Part shown: positions 1-11,729 of the stretch, piece after piece | Layout of the letters: every line of letters begins with the position of its first letter | Position numbering within the stretch: position 1 is the stretch's first letter | Translations under genes and position numbers: made by a program | Assembly (NCBI GenBank): GCA_964016885.1 | Contig: OZ024744.1 | Span: 23,312,001-23,376,000 of the forward strand | Source of the DNA: Eledone cirrhosa | Taxonomy: Eukaryota | Reading direction: 5' to 3' | Length of the DNA: 64,000 nt | Notes under the pieces: model-generated | Told to the model about the DNA's origin: nothing | Database searches by the model: none | The model's input: only the letters and a program-made list of their open reading frames with translations

Positions 1-3000
1 TTTTATCTTAAGATCCAGCTGTTGTTAAAACGAGTCAGTTCTTAAGATTCAACTGTTGTTAAAACGAGTTTTATCTAAAGATTCAGCTGTTGTTAAAATG
101 AGTCAGTTCTTAAGATTCAACTGTTGTTAAAACGAGTTTTATTTGAAGATTCAACTGTTGTTAAAACGAGTCAGTTCTTAAGGTTGAACTGTTGATAAAA
201 CGAGTCAGTTCTTAAGATTCAACTGTTGTTAAAACGAGACAGTTCTTAAGATTCAACTGTTGTTAAAACGAGACAGTTCTTAAGATTCAACTGTTGTTAA
301 AACGAGTTTTATCTTAAGATTCAACTGTTGTTAAAATGAGTTTTATCATAAGATTCAACTGTTGTTAAAACGAGTCAGTTCTTAAGATTCAACTGTTGTT
401 AAAACAAGTTTTATTTGAAGATTCAACTGTTGTTAAAACGAGTCAGTTATTAAGTTTGCACTGTTGTTAAAACGAATCAGTTCTTAACATTCAACTATCG
501 TTAAAACGAATTTTATCTTAAGATTCAACTGTTGTTAAGACGAGTTTTATCTTAAGATTCAGCTGTTGTTAAAACGAGTCATTTCTTAAGGTTGAACTGT
601 TGATAAAACGAGTCAGTTCTTAAGATTCAACTGTTGTTAAAACGAGTTTTATCTTAAGATTCAACTGTTGTTAAAACGAGTCAGTTCTTAAGATTCAACT
701 GTTGTTAAAACGAGTTTTATTTGAAGATTCAACTGTTGTTAAAACGAGTCAGTTCTTAAGGTTGAACTGTTGATAAAACGAGTCAGTTCTTAAGATTCAA
801 CAGTTGTTAAAACGAGTTTTATCTTAAGATTTAGCTGTTGTTAAAACGAGTCAGTTCTTAAGATTCAACTGTTGTTAAAACGAGTTTATCTTCAAATTCA
901 GCTGTTGTTAAAACGAGTCAGTTCTTAAGATTCAACTGTTGTTAAAACGAGTTTTATTTGAAGATTCAACTGTTGTTAAAACGAGTCAGTTCTTAAGGTT
1001 GAACTGTTGATAAAACGAGTCAGTTCTTAAGATTCAACTGTTGTTAAAACGAGTTTTATCTTAAGATTCATCTGTTGTTAAAACGAGTCAGTTCTTAAGA
1101 TTCAACTGTTGTTAAAACGAGTTTTATCTTAAGATTCAACTGTTGTTAAAACGAGTTTTATCTTAAGATGCAACTGTTGTTAAAACGAATCAGTTCTTAA
1201 GATTCAACTGTTGTTAAAACGAGTTTATTTGAAGATTCAACTGTTGTTAAGATGAGTCAGTTCTTAAGGTTGAACTGCTGATAAAACGAGTCAGTTCTTA
1301 AGATTCAACTGTTGATAAAACGAGTCAGTTCTTAAGATTCAACTCTTGTTAAAACGAGTTTTATCTTAAGATTCAACTGTTGTTAAAACGAGTTTATCTT
1401 AAGATTCAGCTATTGTTAAAACGAATCAGTTCTTAAGATTCAACTGTTGTTAAAACGAGTCAGTTCTTAAGGTTGAACTGTTGATAAAACGAGTCAGTTC
1501 TTACGATTCAACTGTTGTTAAAACGAGTTTTATCTTAAGATTCAGCTGTTGTTAAAACGAGGCAGTTCTTAAGATTCAACTGTTGTTAAAACGAGTTTTA
1601 TCTTAAGATTCAACTGTTGTTAAAACGAGTTTATCTTAAGATTCAGCTGTTGTTAACACGAATCAGTTCTTAAGATTCAACTGTTGTTAAAACGAGTTTT
1701 ATTTGAAGATTCAACTGTTGTTAAAATGAGTCAGTTCTTAAGGTTGAACTGTTGATAAAGCGAGTCAGTTGTTGTTGTTAAAACGAGATTTATCTTAAGA
1801 TTCAGCTGTTGTTAAAACGAGTCAGTTCTTAAGATTCAAATGTTGTTAACACGAGTTTTATCTTAAGATTCAACTGTTGTTAAAACGAGTTTATCTTAAG
1901 ATTCAGCTGTTGTTAAAACGAATCAGTTCTTAAGATTCAACTGTTGTTAAAACGAGTTTTATTTGAAGATTCAACTGTTGTTAAAATGAGTCAGTCCTTA
2001 AGGTTGAACTGTTGATAAAACGAGTCAGTTCTTAAGATTCAACTGTTGTTAAAACGAGTGTTATCTTAAGATTCAGCTGTTGTTAAAACGAGTCAGTTCT
2101 TAAGAGTCAACTGTTGTTAAAACGAGTTTTATCTTAAGATTCAACTGTTATTAAAACGAGTCAGTTCTTAAGATTCAACTGTTGTTAAAACGAGTTTTAT
2201 CCTAAGATTCAACTGTTGTTAAAATGAGCTTATCTTAAGATTCAGTTGTTGTTAAAACGAATCAGTTCTTAAGATTCAACTGTTGTTCAAACGAGTTTAA
2301 TTTGAAGATTCAACTGTTGTTAAAATGAGTCAGTTCTTAAGGTTGAACTGTTAATAAAACGACTCAGTTCTTAAGATTCAACTGTTGTAAAACGAGTTTT
2401 ATCTTAAGATTCAACTGTTATTAAAACGAGTCAGTTCTTAAGATTCAACTGTTGTTAAAACGAGTTTTATCTTAAGATTCCACTGTTGTTATAACGAGTT
2501 TTATCTAAAGATTCAACTGTTGTTAAACGAATCAGTTCTTATGATTCAACTGTTGTTAAAACGAGTTTTATTTGAAGATTCAACTGTTGTTAAAACGAGT
2601 CAGTTCTTAAGATTCAACCGTTGTTAAAACGAGTTTTATCTTAAGATTCAGCTGTTGTTAAAACGAGTCAGTTCTTAAGATTCAACTGTTGTTAAAACGA
2701 GTTTTATTTGAAGATTCAACTGTTGTTAAAACGAGTCAGTTCTTATGGTTGAACTGTTGTTAAAACGAGTCAGTTCTTAAGATTCAACTGTTGTTAAAAC
2801 GAGTTTTATCTAAAGATTCAGCTGTTGTTAAAATGAGTCAGTTCTTAAGATTCAACTGTTGTTAAAACGAGTTTTATCTTAAGATTCAACTGTTGTTAAA
2901 ACGAGTCAGTTCTTAAGATTCAACTGTTGTTAAAACGAGTTTTATTTGAAGATTCAACTGTTGTTAAAACGAGTCAGTTCTTAAGTTTGAACTGTTGATA

Positions 3001-6000
3001 AAACGAGTCAGTTCTTAAGATTCAACTGTTGTTAAAACGAGACAGTTCTTAAGATTCAACTGTTGTTAAAACGAGACAGTTCTTAACATTCAACTATCGT
3101 TAAAGCGAATTTTATCTTAAGATTCAACTGCTGTTAAGACGAGTTTTATCTTAAGATTCAGCTGTTGTTAAAACGAGTCAGTTCTTAAGGTTGAACTGTT
3201 GATAAAACGAGTCAGTTCTTAAGATTCAACTGTTGTTAAAACGAGTTTTATCTTAAGATTCAGCTGTTGTTAAAACGAGTCAGTTCTTAAGATTCAACTG
3301 TTGTTAAAACGAGTTTTATCTTAAGATTCAACTGTTGTTAAACGAATCAGTTCTTATGATTCAACTGTTGTTAAAACGAGTTTTATTTGAAGATTCAACT
3401 GTTGTTAAAACGAGTCAGTTCTTAAGATTCAACCGTTGTTAAAACGAGTTTTATCTTAAGATTCAGCTGTTGTTAAAACGAGTCAGTTCTTAAGATTCAA
3501 CTGTTGTTAAAACGAGTTTTATCTAAAGATTCAGCTGTTGTTAAAATGAGTCAGTTCTTAAGATTCAACTGTTGTTAAAACGAGTTTTATTTGAAGATTC
3601 AACTGTTGTTAAAACGAGTCAGTTCTTAAGGTTGAACTGTTGATAAAACGAGTCAGTTCTTAAGATTCAACTGTTGTTAAAACGAGACAGTTCTTAAGAT
3701 TCAACTGTTGTTAAAACGAGACAGTTCTTAAGATTCAACTGTTGTTAAAACGAGTTTTATCTTAAGATTCAACTGTTGTTAAAACAAGTTTTATTTGAAG
3801 ATTCAACTGTTGTTAAAACGAGTCAGTTATTAAGTTTGCACTGTTGTTAAAACGAATCAGTTCTTAACATTCAACTATCGTTAAAACGAATTTTATCTTA
3901 AGATTCAACTGTTGTTAAGACGAGTTTTATCTTAAGATTCAGCTGTTGTTAAAACGAGTCATTTCTTAAGGTTGAACTGTTGATAAAACGAGTCAGTTCT
4001 TAAGATTCAACTGTTGTTAAAACGAGTTTTATCTTAAGATTCAACTGTTGTTAAAACGAGTCAGTTCTTAAGATTCAACTGTTGTTAAAACGAGTTTTAT
4101 TTGAAGATTCAACTGTTGTTAAAACGAGTCAGTTCTTAAGGTTGAACTGTTGATAAAACGAGTCAGTTCTTAAGATTCAACAGTTGTTAAAACGAGTTTT
4201 ATCTTAAGATTTAGCTGTTGTTAAAACGAGTCAGTTCTTAAGATTCAACTGTTGTTAAAACGAGTTTATCTTCAAATTCAGCTGTTGTTAAAACGAGTCA
4301 GTTCTTAAGATTCAACTGTTGTTAAAACGAGTTTATCTTCAAATTCAGCTGTTGTTAAAACGAGTCAGTTCTTAAGATTCAACTGTTGTTAAAACGAGTT
4401 TTATTTGAAGATTCAACTGTTGTTAAAACGAGTCAGTTCTTAAGGTTGAACTGTTGATAAAACGAGTCAGTTCTTAAGATTCAACAGTTGTTAAAACGAG
4501 TTTTATCTTAAGATTTAGCTGTTGTTAAAACGAGTCAGTTCTTAAGATTCAACTGTTGTTAAAACGAGTTTATCTTCAAATTCAGCTGTTGTTAAAACGA
4601 GGCAGTTCTTAAGATTCAACTGTTGTTAAAACGAGTTTTATCTTAAGATTCAACTGTTATTAAACGAATCAGTTCTTGTGATTCAACTGTTGTTAAAACG
4701 AGTTTTATTTGATGATTCAACTGTTGTTAAAACGAGTCAGTTCTTAAGATTCAACCGTTGTTAAAACGAGTTTTATCTTAAGATTCAGCTGTTGTTAAAA
4801 CGAGTTTTATCTTAAGATTCAACAGTTGTTAAAACGAGTTTTATTTGAAGATTCAACTGTTGTTAAAACGAGTCAGTTCTTATGGTTGAACTGTTGTTAA
4901 AACGAGTCAGTTCTTAAGATTCAACTGTTGTTAAAACGAGTTTTATCTTAAGATTCAACTGTTGTTAAAACGAGTCAGTTCTTAAGATTCAACTGTTGTT
5001 AAAACGAGTTTTATTTGAAGATTCATCTGTTGTTAAAACGAGTCAGTTCTTAAGGTTGAACTGTTGATAAAACGAGTCAGTTCTTAAGATTCAACTGTTG
5101 TTAAAACGAGTTTAATCTTAAGATTCAGCTGTTGTTAAACGAGTCAGTTCTTAAGATTCAGCTGTCGTTAAAACGAATCAGTTCTTAAGATTCAACTGTT
5201 GTTAAAACGAATTTTATTTGAAGATTCAACTGTTGTTAAAATGAGTCAGTTCTTAAGGTTGAACTGTTGATAAAGCGAGTCAGTGGTTAAGATTCAACTG
5301 TTGTTAAAACGAGTTTTATCTTAAGATTCAGCTGTTGTTAAAACGAGTCAGTTCTTAAGATTCAACTGTTGTTAAAACGAGTTTTATCTTAAGATTCAAC
5401 TGTTATTAAAACGAGTCAGTTCTTAAGATTCAACTGTTGTTAAAACGAGTTTATCTTAAGATTCAACTGTTGTTAAAACGAGTTTATCTTAAGATACAGT
5501 TGTTGTTAAAACGAATCAGTTCTTAAGATTCAACTGTTGTTAAAACGAGTTTTATTTGAAGATTCAACTGTTGTTAAAATGAGTCAGTTCTTAAGGTTGA
5601 ACTGTTGATAAAACGACTCAGTTCTTAAGATTCAACTGTTGTTAAAACGAGTTTTATCTTAAGATTCAACTGTTATTAAAACGAGTCAGTTCTTAAGATT
5701 CAACTGTTGTTAAAACGAGTTTTATATTAAGATTCAAGTGTTGTTAAAACGAGTGTTATCTTAAGATTGAACTGGTGTTAAACGAATCAGTTCTTATGAT
5801 TCAACTGTTGTTAAAAGGAGTTTTATTTGAAGATTCAACTGTTGTTAAAACGAGTCAGTTCTTAAGATTCAACCGTTGTTAAAACTCGTTTTATCTTAAG
5901 ATTCAGCTGTTGTTAAAACGAGTCAGTTCTTAAGATTCAACTGTTGTTAAAACGAGTTTATTTGAAGATTCAACTGTTGTTAAAACGAGTCAGTTCTTAT

Positions 6001-9000
6001 GGTTGAACTGTTGTTAAAACGAGTCAGTTCTTAAGATTCAACTGTTGTTAAAACGAGTTTTATCTAAAGATTCAGCTGTTGTTAAAATGAGTCAGTTCTT
6101 AAGATTCAACTGTTGATAAAACGAGTCAGCTCTTAAAATTCAACTGTTGTTAAAACGAGTTTTATTTGAAGATTCAACTGTTGTTAAAACGAGTCAGTTC
6201 TTAAGGTTGAACTGTTGATAAAACGAGTCAGTTCTTAAGATTCAACTGTTGTTAAAACGAGTTTTATCTTAAGATTCAGCTGTTGTTAAAACGAGTCATT
6301 TCTTAAGATTCAGCTGTTGTTAAAACGAATCAGTTCTTAAGATTCAACTGTTGTTAAAACGAGTTTTATTTGAAGATTCAACTGTTGTTAAAACGAGTCA
6401 CTCCTTAAGGTTGAACTGTTGATAAAACGAGTCAGTTCTTACGATTCAACTGTTGCTAAAACGAGTTTTATCTTAAGATTCAGCTGTTGTTAAAACGAAT
6501 CCGTTCTTAAGATTCAACTGTTGTTAAAACGGGTTTTATCTTCAGATTCAACTGTTGTTAAAACGAGTTTTATTTGAAGATTCAACTGTTGTTAAAACGA
6601 GTCAGTTCTTAAGGTTGAACTGTTGATAAAACGAGTCAGTTCTTACGATTCAACTGTTGTTAAAACGAGTTTTATCTTAAGATTCAGATGTTGTTAAAAC
6701 GAGTCAGTTCTTAAGATTCAACTGTTGTTAAAACGAGTTTTATCTTAAGATTCAACTGTTGTTAAAACGAATCCGTTCTTAAGATTCAACTGTCGTTAAA
6801 ACGAGTTTTATTTGAAGATTCAACTGTTGTTAAAATGAGACAGTTCTTAAGGTTGAACTGTTGATAAAACGAGTCAGTTCTTAAGATTCAACTGTTGTTA
6901 AAACGAGTTTTATCTTAAGATTCAACTGTTGTTAAAACGAGTTTTATCTTAAGATTCAACTGTTGTTAAAACGAATCAGTTCTTAAGATTCCACTGTTGT
7001 TAAAACGAGTTTATTTGAAGATTCAACTGTTGTTAAGATGAGTCAGTTCTTAAGGTTGAACTGCTGATAAAACGAGTCAGTTCTTAAGATTCAACTGTTG
7101 ATAAAACGAGTCAGTTCTTAAGATTCAACTCTTGTTAAAACGAGTTTTATCTTAAGATTCAACTGTTGTTAAAACGAGTTTATCTTAAGATTCAGCTATT
7201 GTTAAAACGAATCAGTTCTTAAGATTCAACTGTTGTTAAAACGAGTTTTATTTGAATATTCAACTGTTGTTAAAACGAGTTAGTTCTTAAGGTTGAACTG
7301 TTGATAAAACGAGTCAGTTCTTACGATTCAACTGTTGATAAAACGAGTCAGTTCTTAAGATTCAACTCTTGTTAAAACGAGTTTTATCTTAAGATTCAAC
7401 TGTTGTTAAAACGAGTTTATCTTAAGATTCAGCTATTGTTAACACGAATCAGTTCTTAAGATTCAACTGTTGTTAAAACGAGTTTTATTTGAAGATTCAT
7501 CTGTTGTTAAAATGAGTCAGTTCTTAAGGTTGAACTGTTGATAAAGCGAGTCAGTTGTTGTTGTTAAAACGAGATTTATCTTAAGATTCAGCTGTTGTTA
7601 AAACGAGTCAGTTCTTAAGATTCAAATGTTGTTAACACGAGTTTTATCTTAAGATTCAACTGTTGTTAAAACGAGTTTATCTTAAGATTCAGCTGTTGTT
7701 AAAACGAATCAGTTCTTAAGATTCAACTGTTGTTAAAACGAGTTTTATTTGAAGATTCAACTGTTGTTAAAATGAGTCAGTCCTTAAGGTTGAACTGTTG
7801 ATAAAACGAGTCAGTTCTTAAGATTCAACTGTTGTTAAAACGAGTGTTATCTTAAGATTCAGCTGTTGTTAAAACGAGTCAGTTCTTAAGATTCAACTGT
7901 TGTTAAAACGAGTTTTATCTTAAGATTCAACTGTTGTTAAAACGAGCTTATCTTAAGATTCAGTTGTTGTTAAAACGAATCAGTTCTTAAGATTCAACTG
8001 TTGTTCAAACGAGTTTAATTTGAAGATTCAACTGTTGTTAAAATGAGTCAGTTCTTAAGGTTGAACTGTTAATAAAACGACTCAGTTCTTAAGATTCAAC
8101 TGTTGTAAAACGAGTTTTATCTTAAGATTCAACTATTATTAAAACGAGTCAGTTCTTAAGATTCAACTGTTGTTAAAACGAGTTTTATCTTAAGATTCCA
8201 CTGTTGTTATAACGAGTTTTATCTTAAGATTCAACTGTTGTTAAACGAATCAGTTCTTATGATTCAACTGTTGTTAAAACGAGTTTTATTTGAAGATTCA
8301 ACTGTTGTTAAAACGAGTCAGTTCTTAAGATTCAACCGTTGTTAAAACGAGTTTTATCTTAAGATTAAGCTGTTGTTAAAACGAGTCAGTTCTTAAGATT
8401 CAACTGTTGTTAAAACGAGTTTTATTTGAAGATTCAACTGTTGTTAAAACGAGTCAGTTCTTATGGTTGAACTGTTGTTAAAACGAGTCAGTTCTTAAGA
8501 TTCAACTGTTGTTAAAACGAGTTTTATCTAAAGATTCAGCTGTTGTTAAAATGAGTCAGTTCTTAAGATTCAACTGTTGTTAAAACGAGTTTTATCTTAA
8601 GATTCAACTGTTGTTAAAACGAGTCAGTTCTTAAGATTCAACTGTTGTTAAAACGAGTTTTATTTGAAGATTCAACTGTTGTTAAGACGAGTTTTATCTT
8701 AAGATTCAGCTGTTGTTAAAACGAGTCAGTTCTTAAGGTTGAACTGTTGATAAAACGAGTCAGTTCTTAAGATTCAACTGTTGTTAAAACGAGTTTTATC
8801 TTAAGATTCATCTGTTGTTAAAACGAGTCAGTTCTTAAGATTCAACTGTTGTTAAAACGAGTTTTATCTTAAGATTCCACTGTTGTTATAACGAGTTTTA
8901 TCTTAAGATTCAACTGTTGTTAAACGAATCAGTTCTTATGATTCAACTGTTGTTAAAACGAGTTTTATTTGAAGATTCAACTGTTGTTAAAACGAGTCAG

Positions 9001-11729
9001 TTCTTAAGATGCAACCGTTGTTAAAACGAGTTTTATCTTAAGATTCAGCTGTTGTTAAAACGAGTCAGTTCTTAAGATTCAACTGTTGTTAAAACGAGTT
9101 TTATGTGAAGATTCAACTGTTGTTAAAACGAGTCAGTTCTTATGGTTGAACTGTTGTTAAAACGAGTCAGTTCTTAAGATTCAACTGTTGTTAAAACGAG
9201 TTTTATCTAAAGATTCAGCTGTTGTTAAAATGAGTCAGTTCTTAAGATTTAACTGTTGTTAAAACGAGTTTTATTTGAAGATTCAACTGTTGTTAAAACG
9301 AGTCAGTTCTTAAGGTTGAACTGTTGATAAAACGAGTCAGTTCTTAAGATTCAACTGTTGTTAAAACGAGACAGTTCTTAAGATTCAACTGTTGTTAAAA
9401 CGAGACAGTTCTTAAGATTCAACTGTTGTTAAAACGAGTTTTATCTTAAGATTCAACTGTTGTTAAAATGAGTTTTATCATAAGATTCAACTGTTGTTAA
9501 AACGAGTCAGTTCTTAAGATTCAACTGTTGTTCAAACAAGTTTTATTTGAAGATTCAACTGTTGTTAAAACGAGTCAGTTATTAAGTTTGCACTGTTGTT
9601 AAAACGAATCAGTTCTTAACATTCAACTATCGTTAAAACGAATTTTATCTTAAGATTCAACTGTTGTTAAGACGAGTTTTATCTTAAGATTCAGCTGTTG
9701 TTAAAACGAGTCAGTTCTTAAGGTTGAACTGTTGATAAAACGAGTCAGTTCTTAAGATTCAACTGTTGTTAAAACGAGTTTTATCTTAAGATTCATCTGT
9801 TGTTAAAACGAGTCAGTTCTTAAGATTTAACTGTTGTTAAAACGAGTTTTATCTTAAGATTCAATTGTTGTTAAAACGAGTTTTATCTTAAGATTCAGCT
9901 GTTGTTAAAACGAGTTTATTTGAAGATTCAACTGTTGTTAAGATGAGTCAGTTCTTAAGGTTGAACTGCTGATAAAACAAGTCAGTTCTTAAGATTCAAC
10001 TGTTGTTAAAACGAGTTTTATCTTAAGATTTAGCTGTTGTTAAAACGAGTCAGTTCTTAAGATTCAACTGTTGTTAAAACGAGTTTATCTTCAAATTCAG
10101 CTGTTGTTAAAACGAGTCAGTTCTTAAGATTCAACTGTTGTTAAAACGAGTTTTATTTGAAGATTCAACTGTTGTTAAAACGAGTCATTTATTAAGTATG
10201 AACTGTTGATAAAACGAGTCAGTTCTTACGATTCAACTGTTGTTAAAACGAGTTTTATCTTAAGATTCAGCTGTTGTTAAAACGAGTAAGTTCTTAAGAT
10301 TCAACTGTTGTTAAAACGAGTTTTATCTTACGATTCAACTGTTGTTAAAACGAGTTTATCTTAAGATTCAGCTGTTGTTAACACGAATCAGTTCTTAAGA
10401 TTCAACTGTTGTTAAAACGAGTTTTATTTGAAGATTCAGCTGTTGTTAAAACGAGTCAGTTCTTAAGGTTGAACTGTTGATAAAACGAGACAGTTCTTAC
10501 GATTCAACTGTTGTTAAAACGAGTTTTATCTTAAGATTCAGCTGTTGTTAAAACGAGTTTTATCTTAAGATTCAGCTGTTGTTAAAACGAGTCAGTTCTT
10601 AAGATTCAGCTGTTGTTAAAACGAATCAGTTCTTAAGATTCAACTGTTGTTAAAACGAGTTTTATTTGAAGATTCAACTGTTGTTAAAACGAGTCAGTTC
10701 TTAAGGTTGAACTGTTGATAAAACGAGTCAGTTCTTACGATTCAACTGTTGTTAAAACGAGTTTTATCTTAAGATTCAGCTGTTGTTAAAACGAGGCAGT
10801 TCTTAAGATTCAACTGTTGTTAAAACGAGTTTTATCTTAAGATTCAACTGTTATTAAACGAATCAGTTCTTGTGATTCAACTGTTGTTAAAACGAGTTTT
10901 ATTTGAAGATTCAACTGTTGTTAAAACGAGTCAGTTCTTAAGATTCAACCGTTGTTAAAACGAGTTTTATCTTAAGATTCAGCTGTTGTCAAAACGAGTC
11001 AGTTCTTAAGATTCAACTGTTGGTAAAACGAGTTTTATTTGAAGATTCAACTGTTGTTAAAACGAGTCAGTTATTATGGTTGAACTGTTGTTAAAACGAG
11101 TCAGTTCTTAAGATTCAACTGTTGTTAAAACGAGTTTTATCTTAAGATTCAACTGTTGTTAAAACGAGTCAGTTCTTAAGATTCAACTGTTGTTAAAACG
11201 AGTTTTATTTGAAGATTCAACTGTTGTTAAAACGAGTCAGTTCTTAAGGTTGAACTGTTGATAAAACGAGTCAGTTCTTAAGATTCAACTGTTGTTAAAA
11301 CGAGTTTAATCTTAAGATTCACCTGTTGTTAAACGAGTCAGTTCTTAAGATTCAGCTGTCGTTAAAACGAATCAGTTCTTAAGATTCAACTGTTGTTAAA
11401 ACGAGTTTTATTTGAAGATTCAACTGTTGTTAAAATGAGTGAGTTCTTAAGGTTGAACTGTTGATAAAGCGAGTCAGTGGTTAAGATTCAACTGTTGTTA
11501 AAACGAGTTTTATCTTAAGATTCAGCTGTTGTTAAAACGAGTCAGTTCTTAAGATTCAACTGTTGTTAAAACGAGTTTTATCTTAAGATTCAACTGTTAT
11601 TAAAACGAGTCAGTTCTTAAGATTCAACTGTTGTTAAAACGAGTTTATCTTAAGATTCAACTGTTGTTAAAACGAGTTTATCTTAAGATACAGTTGTTGT
11701 TAAAACGAATCAGTTCTTAAGATTCAACT

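Noticed and set aside
50-55. E-box/MYB-like motifs (CAACTG, variant CAGCTG) and restriction sites (AflII CTTAAG, HinfI GANTC) in each monomer
   Set aside because: Short motifs are expected by chance in a 34-mer and are multiplied by repetition. They are useful for digests but are not evidence of regulation.
306-337. CRISPR-like appearance: GTTTTA...TAAAAC termini and about 32-34 bp length recall type II-A direct repeats
   Set aside because: Units are head-to-tail with only 2 bp (GA) between them. There are no unique spacers, leader or cas genes in the window.
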